From Planctopirus limnophila DSM 3776 (GTDB lineage Bacteria; Planctomycetota; Planctomycetia; Planctomycetales; Planctomycetaceae), in NCBI RefSeq assembly GCF_000092105.1, contig NC_014148.1, forward strand, positions 90,001 to 122,000: a stretch of 32,000 bases of DNA, written 5' to 3'. A model generated the notes under the pieces. The model made no database searches. It was not told the origin of the DNA and was given only the letters and a program-made list of their open reading frames with translations. How positions within the stretch are numbered: the stretch's first letter is position 1; each line of letters opens with the position of its first letter. Position numbers and translations under genes: made by a program. This document shows positions 1 to 7,672 of the stretch, one piece after another.

Positions 1-866
1 CCGGGATAAGAGACCGGCATCGACATGTGAGACATGACGGCTGGCAATAGCGAGGCAATAGGAATCTGCCATGCGAGAAAATAGGCGATTTTAACAGAGA
101 GCGGTAAACCCTCCATCGGCACAATCACAAACCACCCCAACAGGTAAGGAACCGCCAGCAAAGGGAGTGCAAAAGCCAGTTGCCAGGCCACGGCCTGCAA
201 GCCTAAGGAACTGCACAAAAAGAAGTCGAAGTTGATGCGCGGCAGCTTATCTTTCCGCTCCATCGTCGCCTTGATGATTTCGGTATCCAGAAACCAGAAC
301 CATCCCGGAATGGCCATGACCGAAACGACGGCAATCAATCCCCAGAAGTATCGAGGGGGTGGCGAAGAAACCCAGAGCAGCATGAAGGCGCTGCCAAACA
401 TGATGGTCGACGAAACCAGCAGGTACATCATCGTCCGGAAGGCAAACAGCTTGTATTTGAGCGCAAACTTCCAGCTCTCCGACCAGAGATTTTCGTAAAA
501 TTTGTCCGGGTCTGGCCCTTTCATCTGCTTCTTGCGAGCCGTTTCTCCCAAACCACCGGTTGCCAGATCGATCCCACAATTCGGGCATTCGGTCGCTTCA
601 GGATCAACTTCTGTCCCGCATTTGCGACAGATGCTGGCTCCGGAATCTTCCAGATCACTCAAATCGAGATTGGCCAGTCCGTCCTCGCCGGAAGCCGATT
701 TTGACGACTTGGCAGATGCTCCCTTTTTGCTGGCTGTGGCTTTCGAATCGCCCGCGGGGACAGGAATCTTCGATTCACAGTCGGGGCAGCGAATCGCCTT
801 GCCACGGGCCGCATCCGGTGCCGTGACGACTGTCCCACAAGCCTTGCAACGAACTTTCAGCGGCAT
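1..866 (-). CDS. Double zinc-ribbon, polytopic membrane protein; C-terminus lies beyond the window edge
   Basis: I checked every minus-strand codon from 866 down to 3 by hand and found no stop. ATG is at 866-864, with an in-frame stop upstream at 875-873. Translation starts MPLKVRCKACGTVVTAPDAARGKAIRCPDCESKIP, then a second CxxC...CxxC (CRKCGTEVDPEATECPNCG), then several hydrophobic helices. The ORF is absent from the supplied track because it runs off the edge. Confidence 0.6.
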   Translation of the reverse strand, partial: MPLKVRCKACGTVVTAPDAARGKAIRCPDCESKIPVPAGDSKATASKKGASAKSSKSASGEDGLANLDLSDLEDSGASICRKCGTEVDPEATECPNCGIDLATGGLGETARKKQMKGPDPDKFYENLWSESWKFALKYKLFAFRTMMYLLVSSTIMFGSAFMLLWVSSPPPRYFWGLIAVVSVMAIPGWFWFLDTEIIKATMERKDKLPRINFDFFLCSSLGLQAVAWQLAFALPLLAVPYLLGWFVIVPMEGLPLSVKIAYFLAWQIPIASLLPAVMSHMSMPVSYP

Positions 867-1166
867 AAGGTGCTAATCCCTGCAGTACGAATCTCTGCAA
901 TAAAGCTGTTGAGCCCGACGCAAGTCATGCTCGTTGAATACCGGGTGATCAGCGGGTGGTAATCAAAGAGTGGAATCACGACGGGATTGGAATTCGAGAT
1001 TTTGACAATCGAAGTGGGTTCTCATGTGCCAGCAGAGCTTTGTTCACAAGACAACCTTGATTCGAATCTAACGTCTTTCCTGAGGCATTTCATCAGTCTT
1101 CATGATCTGAGGCCCAAAAGAGTGATTCATGGCATGAATACAGACCACTCTCTGAACCGTCTGAAC

Positions 1167-2885
1167 TTATTTTTTCCCCTCGTCTGCCGGGCTGAGTTTG
1201 GATTTCGGAGCATTCGACAATGTGGGCGCAACGGGTTCAATTGGTGAAGAGGCTTTCTCTATGGGGACGGCCCAGGCGGGAACTTCTCCGAGGCGAATTC
1301 CCATTTGCGGGATCAGCAGCACCCAGGTGGCTGCTGTACACAAAACAATCCCCATGAGATTCAACCAGAGGCCATATTTGAGCATCTGACCAATCGGAAT
1401 CCGCCCGGTTCCAAAAGCGATCGCATTGGGCGGAGTCCCGGCTGGCAGCATGAAGCCGCAGCTTGTGGCAATCGTGGCAGGGATCATGACCAGCCTCGGA
1501 TCGAGTCCCAAAGCAATCGCAGCTCCAGCAAAGACCGGCAAAACAGCATTCACCGTAGCCACATTGCTGGTGAATTCCGTGAGGAAGATCATCAGCGCAC
1601 AGATACCCAACACAGTAACAACCGGTGACTGGCCAATGAAAAAGTAGGCAAACAGGTCGCCACTCCAGCGGGAAAGACCAGTAATCCGAAAGCCTTCGGC
1701 AATGGCAAATCCACCGCCGAACAACAGCAGAATGCCCCATGGCAATCGATTGGCTGTGGGCCAGTCCATCAGACGTGGCGAACCTCGCTTCACATCCTGC
1801 TCACCCGCCGGGACGACAAACAGCAGTACCGCAAAAAGTAGACCCACAGTGGAATCATTGATCCAGTCTTTGTGAGAACTGGCTGGCTTAGCGTCAGCGG
1901 TCAGCCAGCTGAGAAAAGCTTCGGCCTGTCCTCCCCAGCCGGGAATGATCAGGTTAGACGAAAGAGGAAGATCAGTTCTTGTTAGCCAGAGGATCGCTGT
2001 CAGCGAGAAGACGATGAGAACACGCCATTCGGGGCGGCTCATCGGCCCCAGATCATGCAGCCTCTCGCGAAAAAAATCTCGATTCAAACGAGAAAACCCG
2101 GCGGGTGTCGTTAGCTTTCGAGTCAGCACAAACCAGGCCAGACCCAGGAAAACCAATCCAAAGGGCAACCAGGTCGCCATCCACTGACCGGCAGAAATCG
2201 GAGGTGCCTGGGGAAACTGTTTCTCCCAGATCCCCACAAACGCCATGTTCGTGGGGGTTCCCACGAGTGTGGCCACCCCGCCAATGCTGGCTGCATAAGC
2301 CACACCCAGATAGGTCTGGCAAGAGAGTCTTCCCAGTGCCTGAGTTGTCAGAAAATCTGGCTCTTTCTCATCGAAAGTACACAGCAATTCTTCGAGCGAA
2401 GTCATCAAAGCCATCGCAATCGGCAGCATCATCAGTGTGGTGGCGGTATTGCTGATCCACATCGAAATGAGGAATGTCGCCAGCATGAATCCCCAGACAA
2501 TCCCATGCGGGCTGGTCCCCGTCGCTTTGACGACATGCAAGGCCACCCGGCGATGCAGGCCCCAGCGTTCAATCGCCAAGGCAATAATGAAGCCACCCAG
2601 ATAGAGCATTGAGCTGTCGGTCAGATAGGTGCCGGCCACATTCTTGGCTGAGTCTATCCCTAGCAGCGGGAAGGCAATCAGCGGCACCAGACTGGTCACA
2701 GCCATAGGCACGCATTGCGTGGCCCACCAGACAGCCATCAGCACGACGACTGCAGCCAGCCTTTGGGCGGCATGTGGCAAGTCAGCAGGGCCGGGAACGA
2801 CCAGCACCACTAAGCCAAGCAGAGGGCCCAGCCATAAACCCAATCGACCGGCCCAGCCGCTATCAATTTCATCCCCTTCCGCCAT
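1167..2885 (-). CDS. SLC13/DASS-family anion:cation symporter (permease)
   Basis: 572-aa polytopic protein. It has two hairpin-tip motifs typical of the DASS fold (WISNTATTLMMLPIA and FTSNVATVNAVLPV) and an N-terminal AVWWATQCVPMAVTSLVPL segment. Confidence 0.8.
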   Translation of the reverse strand: MAEGDEIDSGWAGRLGLWLGPLLGLVVLVVPGPADLPHAAQRLAAVVVLMAVWWATQCVPMAVTSLVPLIAFPLLGIDSAKNVAGTYLTDSSMLYLGGFIIALAIERWGLHRRVALHVVKATGTSPHGIVWGFMLATFLISMWISNTATTLMMLPIAMALMTSLEELLCTFDEKEPDFLTTQALGRLSCQTYLGVAYAASIGGVATLVGTPTNMAFVGIWEKQFPQAPPISAGQWMATWLPFGLVFLGLAWFVLTRKLTTPAGFSRLNRDFFRERLHDLGPMSRPEWRVLIVFSLTAILWLTRTDLPLSSNLIIPGWGGQAEAFLSWLTADAKPASSHKDWINDSTVGLLFAVLLFVVPAGEQDVKRGSPRLMDWPTANRLPWGILLLFGGGFAIAEGFRITGLSRWSGDLFAYFFIGQSPVVTVLGICALMIFLTEFTSNVATVNAVLPVFAGAAIALGLDPRLVMIPATIATSCGFMLPAGTPPNAIAFGTGRIPIGQMLKYGLWLNLMGIVLCTAATWVLLIPQMGIRLGEVPAWAVPIEKASSPIEPVAPTLSNAPKSKLSPADEGKK

Positions 2886-2955
2886 TCGGGACTCTCCACG
2901 CTGCCTGTCATGCTGATGTTTAGGTTCAGGATTCTTGCGTTAGAAATGAGGATTT

Positions 2956-3969
2956 TCAGGCACGCAGGGCTCTTCCAGTCAATTGCAGGAACAAGCGTTC
3001 GAGATTCTGCTGTCTCGATTCCACCCGGTCGATCACGATCGATTCGGCATGGAACGCCTGCGAGAGCTGATGCAATCGATCAGGCCATTCGGTAAAGCTG
3101 GTTTCAATCAATACGGTGGGTAAAGACTCGACATTTTCGCCGACAGACACTTTGACGCCTGTAGCTTCAGGATCCACACGCTGGGCAATGTGCTGCAACC
3201 GGGCTGAGAATGACGAACTGGGGTCATGGCCAGCACCCACCGAATCGACGCTGTTGGCAGGCCGGACATGGAGCACCAGTTGCGTGGGGACTGATCCTAA
3301 AAGCTGATCGAGAACACCGCATTCCAGAACCACGCCATGATCGATAATCGCCACACGCCGGCATAGTGCTTCGACCTCTTCCATGTAGTGGCTGACATAA
3401 ATGATGGATGTCCCATCTCGTGCCAGTTGCCGGACAGATTCCAGCAGGTGAGCCCGGGATTGCGGATCGACACCCACTGTCGGTTCATCGAGAATGACCA
3501 GACGAGGTTTATGAACCAGCGTAATTGCCAGGTTGAGCCGGCGCTGCATACCGCCTGAATAATTGGCAGCAATCCGGTGAGCTGCATCTTCCAGCCCCAC
3601 GAGTTCGAGCAGTTCATCGGTCCGCTGGGAAAGAGCTGCCCCTTTCAGACCGTACAATCCACCGAAGAAGCGAATGTTTTCGATCGCTGAAAGCTCCGGG
3701 TACAGAGCGAGTTGCTGAGGCGCCAGACCCAGTTGCCGCTTCCATTTTTCGGGATGCTTCCAGGCGGGTTCTCCTTCCAGTAGAACCTCACCGGCGTCCG
3801 GGGCCATCAATCCCGCCAGCATCCGGATGGTGGTTGATTTTCCGGCTCCGTTGGGCCCCAGCAAACCAAACGCTTCTCCATGCATGATCGAGAAGCTGAC
3901 ATTCTTGACGGCCTGATGAGAACCGAATGTTTTTTTCAGTCCCCGGGCTTCCAGAAAGGGAGTGGACAA
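2956..3969 (-). CDS. ABC transporter ATP-binding protein (ABC-2/DrrA-like, with a ~100-aa C-terminal extension)
   Basis: Walker A GPNGAGKST, signature YSGGMQRRL, Walker B LVILDEPT and H-loop YVSHYM are all present. Confidence 0.9.
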   Translation of the reverse strand: MSTPFLEARGLKKTFGSHQAVKNVSFSIMHGEAFGLLGPNGAGKSTTIRMLAGLMAPDAGEVLLEGEPAWKHPEKWKRQLGLAPQQLALYPELSAIENIRFFGGLYGLKGAALSQRTDELLELVGLEDAAHRIAANYSGGMQRRLNLAITLVHKPRLVILDEPTVGVDPQSRAHLLESVRQLARDGTSIIYVSHYMEEVEALCRRVAIIDHGVVLECGVLDQLLGSVPTQLVLHVRPANSVDSVGAGHDPSSSFSARLQHIAQRVDPEATGVKVSVGENVESLPTVLIETSFTEWPDRLHQLSQAFHAESIVIDRVESRQQNLERLFLQLTGRALRA

Positions 3970-4141
3970 GGGAATTCCTTCGAGAGTCGGTCAGCAGGAT
4001 GTCAGTCGTCTGGTTGAGCGATGATGGACTGGTTGCCGTCATCAATGACCGAACCAGCAGAAACCCACCAAAGGGCGGATCTGCAGCGTAACACAAGCCG
4101 GGGGGCCGGTCACAACTAGGGATCTGGTAGATTCGTCGAAA

Positions 4142-4972
4142 TCACGAAGGAATCAGGAGCAGATGCGCGATTGCTCCGGTGCCGGCCGCTGCGATCCCCA
4201 CGCGAAGATTGTCATTGCGTAACGATGGAAAAGATTCCACCAGACCTGCGGTCAGGCTGGCCAGAAAGCTCACACCCAGTGCCAGGCGAAAATCTATTCC
4301 GGGCCGGAATTCTCCCCAGAACATGATGGCACCAGCCAGAGTCCCCATCGCGATAAAGGCCCACAGGCCCACCCACGATTTGCAGCCATTCCACGGCAAT
4401 TTGCGCTCGCCGAACTTGAGCCCGAGGAGTGTGGCCGATCCATCCCCAAACGCCAGAATCGCCAGTGTCATCATGCCGATCTCTTCCCGACCAGGGAAGA
4501 GCCATAATGTCGCCAGAACCACCACGGCATACGCGAGGACGGCGTCGTAACCGTGATCTTCACCGGGACGGGCAATTCTCGAGAACCACCTCAGCATGAT
4601 CGTTGCCGTCGATAAAGTCAGACCAAGCACTACACTCCATACAATCCAACCCCACGGGTCGGTATGGGGAATCACCCACAATAGCAGGGGTAGCAGTCCC
4701 GGTGTCATGTGCCATAGCCGGCGGCGGAATTCCTGCGTACTCAGGCTGCGATGGCAGAAAATGGGGACGTACGGATCAACAGGGCTGGTGAGATCTGTCC
4801 TCGGAATGATGGCAAGTGTCTCATTGGAGAGACGGTCGGGAATGGCGACATGCCAGTGAATTTTACGCTGTGGACTTTCTTCATGCAGCGCGGGCTGGAA
4901 ATGAAAGGCCTTCCGCCGAGGTTGGGGGAGATCGATCGCTGGTGCCGGTTTTTCCGAGGTCTGGGTACCCAT
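4142..4972 (-). CDS. Membrane protein of the CTP-dependent polyprenol/diacylglycerol kinase and CdsA-like superfamily
   Basis: 276 aa with multiple TM helices. The motif FGDGSATLLGLKFGERKLPWNGCKSWVG resembles the GDxxAxxxG...K[ST]xEG signature of the CdsA/dolichol-kinase/phytol-kinase family. The N-terminal ~90 aa are non-membrane. Confidence 0.55.
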   Translation of the reverse strand: MGTQTSEKPAPAIDLPQPRRKAFHFQPALHEESPQRKIHWHVAIPDRLSNETLAIIPRTDLTSPVDPYVPIFCHRSLSTQEFRRRLWHMTPGLLPLLLWVIPHTDPWGWIVWSVVLGLTLSTATIMLRWFSRIARPGEDHGYDAVLAYAVVVLATLWLFPGREEIGMMTLAILAFGDGSATLLGLKFGERKLPWNGCKSWVGLWAFIAMGTLAGAIMFWGEFRPGIDFRLALGVSFLASLTAGLVESFPSLRNDNLRVGIAAAGTGAIAHLLLIPS

Positions 4973-5820
4973 GGGTTGCCTAACTGCGGATTCAAGTTCC
5001 GCATCAATGTCTAATGACTCACTGATGACCCGGCTCCATCCCGACTCGTCAAACTTCCATTTCTCGCGGCAAAATTGCGAACGGACTCATCTCCCGAGTT
5101 CCAACAACGTCTTATCGGCAATCACTCACAGTGAACTGTGATGCTTCTGCACCGATCACGATGCCTGACGTACTGCCCAGTCAGACCATCATCCGTCATT
5201 GCCGACAGAGAAGACGTTGTCGTACGACTCGAATCGTTCCAGAGATGTTCGAAATCACTGACCAGACCGAACCCATCTGAGAGCAAAAGCTGAGAGCGAA
5301 AAACATGCCAGCGACATGAGTTCTGCCATAACAATCCTGGGTTGAAAATGAAGAGGGCTAATGCTGAAGGCATGCATTGGGTCAACAACGCGGGGATGGC
5401 TGCAGGAAAAATGTTCGTGGCATGAGGCTTCGTGATGCTGTCTGAATTATCGCCCGGCTACCACCGGCGATCGTTCACCGGCCAGCCGACCGACAAACCA
5501 CTCGACGCTCGGCAGATACGGGGTTCTACCTGTGCTTCGGCCTCTAATGACTGCAGACCACAGCAGGCATTTCCATAGTGTATGTGTAAATAGTCAAATA
5601 CAATGACAACTTGAATCTATAAGTGTTTTTGAGTGCTGTAAGAACAGGGTGGCGTTCTGTGTTTTCCTGGTTTTCAGGGTTCGGAAGCACTTTGCGTGCA
5701 GAATCTACAGCGTGTGAATAGTCAAGCTCCTTGCCAAAGATCTTCGCAAGAGCATATACTGATATGTCTCGTCTCGGGCCTTTTTTCCGTTTTTCACTTC
5801 TTCTCAAGGAGGCCATCCTC

Positions 5821-6777
5821 ATGGCACAAGTTTCTGGCGGTTCCACCCGTCGCTCTGGATTTACTCTGATTGAACTCCTGGTGGTGATTGCGATCATCGC
5901 CATCCTGATTGCACTGCTGTTGCCGGCAGTTCAGCAGGCACGGGAAGCGGCCCGCCGCACCCAGTGCAAAAACAATCTCAAGCAGGTGGGGTTGGCGATG
6001 CACAACTACCACGACACCCACAACACGTTCCCACCGGGGAATATTCGTGGAGCCCTCAACGTTGGTCACGGACCGACCGCCTGGGTACACATCCTGCCTT
6101 ATGTTGATCAGGCTCCGCAGTACAACAGAGTCAACTTTTCGACTCCAGGCACATGGTGGGGCGGAACAGCTGGACCACCCGTTGGCGGCCCGCACGGCGC
6201 GACGTGGAATGGTTTTATTGTCAACGGATTCATCTGTCCTTCGTCACCACTTGTTTCGAGAAACTCCTACAATGGCGGCCAGAACGTCTGGCAACGTGCC
6301 AGCTACACGCTGATTGAAGGTGCTGTTGGTCTGAATGAAGTCGCAAACAACGGCAATGGAATTCGGTCAAACGGAGGTATGTTTACCCGCGACCGAAATT
6401 TCAACTTCCGCGACATGACCGATGGCAGCTCGAATATTGTGATGGTGGCTGAGCAGTCGAATTGGGGGCGAGATGCTGCCAATACCAACAATGTCGAGTA
6501 TCGATCCGATGGTGGTGACTCTGTCTGGATGGGGACAGATTATGGAAACCGTTGTTTTAACACGACCACTGTGCGGTATGCGATCAACACTCGCAGTAAT
6601 GCTCTGAGTGGTTCAGGATCACAGAGTTGCAATACACCGATCCAGTCGGCCCATACCGGCGGAGCCCATGTGCTCATCGGTGATGGGACCGTTAAGTTCC
6701 TGTCCGAAAATATGAACTTCGACACGCTCCGGTTCTTGGCAGATCGTGCTGATGGCAACGTAGTCGGTGAGTTCTAA
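5821..6777 (+). CDS. DUF1559-type prepilin-like protein (type II secretion/type IV pilin-like N-terminal cleavage-methylation domain)
   Basis: ATG at 5821 is preceded by AAGGAGG (about 5806-5812). N-terminus is [55 protein letters not shown], and the C-terminus has the [23 protein letters not shown]...VGEF motif typical of planctomycetal DUF1559 proteins. Confidence 0.9.
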   Translation: MAQVSGGSTRRSGFTLIELLVVIAIIAILIALLLPAVQQAREAARRTQCKNNLKQVGLAMHNYHDTHNTFPPGNIRGALNVGHGPTAWVHILPYVDQAPQYNRVNFSTPGTWWGGTAGPPVGGPHGATWNGFIVNGFICPSSPLVSRNSYNGGQNVWQRASYTLIEGAVGLNEVANNGNGIRSNGGMFTRDRNFNFRDMTDGSSNIVMVAEQSNWGRDAANTNNVEYRSDGGDSVWMGTDYGNRCFNTTTVRYAINTRSNALSGSGSQSCNTPIQSAHTGGAHVLIGDGTVKFLSENMNFDTLRFLADRADGNVVGEF

Positions 6778-6896
6778 TCGCCGCCGCAACGGCATGAACA
6801 TCGGGGGCTGCCAGTACTGCTGGTGGCCCCTCTTCTTTCCAACTTTGTTGATCTCATTCGATGAGCAAAGCTCCATTGACTCTTCCATTTCCGAGG

Positions 6897-7334
6897 ATGA
6901 ACAGCATGTTCCGCTCGATGTTTGTCGCCTTTGTCTGCAGTGCTTTGTTGATGAATGCCGGGTGTGGTTCCGCCGATCGCGGACCGCAGGCCCAACTGAC
7001 AGGCAAAGTCACTTTCAGTGGTCAGCCAGTTCCCGAAGGTGTTGTGCAGCTATCCAAAGTGGGTGGCGGGGCAGGGGCCTCGGCGAACATCTCGGCTGAC
7101 GGCAGCTTTTCCGTCGTGCTGGTCGATCCACTCCCGCCGGGTGAATATCTGGTGCTGATTGTGCCACCCACGATCGAAGACAACTCGAACCCCAACAGCC
7201 CCCCTGTGCAGAAGCCCAAAGAGATGGAACAGATTCCACCGCGCTACGGCAATGCCAAGACCAGCCCACTCAAGGTCACTCTCAAGGAAGGGGCGAACAC
7301 CGCAGATTTTGCCCTCGAACCTGAGAAGAAGTAA
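6897..7334 (+). CDS. Small lipoprotein with a carboxypeptidase-regulatory-like (beta-sandwich) domain, partner of the DUF1559 gene
   Basis: Signal/lipobox-like N-terminus MNSMFRSMFVAFVCSALLMNAGC, then LTGKVTFSGQPVPEGVVQL...SADGSFSV, the pattern of CarboxypepD_reg-like domains. The start could instead be the ATG at 6861. Confidence 0.7.
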   Translation: MNSMFRSMFVAFVCSALLMNAGCGSADRGPQAQLTGKVTFSGQPVPEGVVQLSKVGGGAGASANISADGSFSVVLVDPLPPGEYLVLIVPPTIEDNSNPNSPPVQKPKEMEQIPPRYGNAKTSPLKVTLKEGANTADFALEPEKK

Positions 7335-7370
7335 TACGGATTCCAATAATCAACTACGCTCGTTGATATG

Positions 7371-7403
7371 GGGTGGCTGGGGTTGAGTCTTCGAACCCCC
7401 AGC
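7371..7403 (+). repeat. REP-like palindromic unit A (GGGTGGCTGGGGTTGAGTCTTCGAACCCCCAGC)
   Basis: It is the exact 33-nt reverse complement of unit D at 7621-7653. The unit folds on itself (GGGGTT...AACCCC). Confidence 0.85.
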
Positions 7404-7418
7404 AATCTTCATAACCAA

Positions 7419-7454
7419 CTGGGGGTTCGCGAAGACGCTCAACCCCAGCCACCC
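7419..7454 (-). repeat. REP-like palindromic unit B
   Basis: CTGGGGGTTCGCGAAGACGCTCAACCCCAGCCACCC is unit D with two dinucleotide insertions. It can pair with unit A to form a long hairpin just downstream of the 6897-7334 gene. Confidence 0.8.
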
Positions 7455-7554
7455 GCCGTCATCTGGTCCATAGAGTTCATCCGCACAATTGCCGCTGAAG
7501 ATATGCTTCACGACTTGAGCGCCTATTGATCATAGACAACTCGAGTGCAATGAC

Positions 7555-7590
7555 CTGGGGGCAAACGAGGACGTTTGACCCCAGCCACCC
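7555..7590 (-). repeat. REP-like palindromic unit C (diverged core)
   Basis: CTGGGGGCAAACGAGGACGTTTGACCCCAGCCACCC has the same 7-nt and 12-nt ends as unit B. Its core is changed, but the changes still allow pairing (GGGGCAAA / TTTG.CCCC). Confidence 0.7.
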
Positions 7591-7620
7591 GTCGCTAACC
7601 CACCGTTCATGCTGGTTAGC

Positions 7621-7653
7621 GCTGGGGGTTCGAAGACTCAACCCCAGCCACCC
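7621..7653 (-). repeat. REP-like palindromic unit D
   Basis: GCTGGGGGTTCGAAGACTCAACCCCAGCCACCC is the exact inverted copy of unit A. It lies 20 nt from the stop of the 7673-10711 gene. Confidence 0.85.
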
Positions 7654-7672
7654 GTCGTCATCTTTTTGACCG

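Noticed and set aside
232-876. Four short ORFs listed by the track at the left edge (232-498 +, 247-588 -, 502-876 +, 560-826 +)
   Set aside because: All overlap the better-supported edge-truncated minus-strand ORF (1-866), on the opposite strand or in another frame.
5122-5388. 88-aa minus-strand ORF in the 4973-5820 spacer
   Set aside because: It has no RBS, no motif and an odd composition. The spacer is treated as non-coding.
5794-6195. Minus-strand ORFs antisense to the DUF1559 N-termini (5544-5903 and 5794-6195), and out-of-frame ORFs within cassette 2 (for example 27139-27342 and 27102-27287)
   Set aside because: They overlap strongly supported DUF1559 coding sequence, antisense in cassette 1 and out of frame in cassette 2.
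7371-7653. Possible CRISPR array
   Set aside because: The units are in mixed orientation and irregularly spaced (15, 100 and 30 nt). They are self-complementary, and no cas genes are nearby. A REP-like interpretation fits better.
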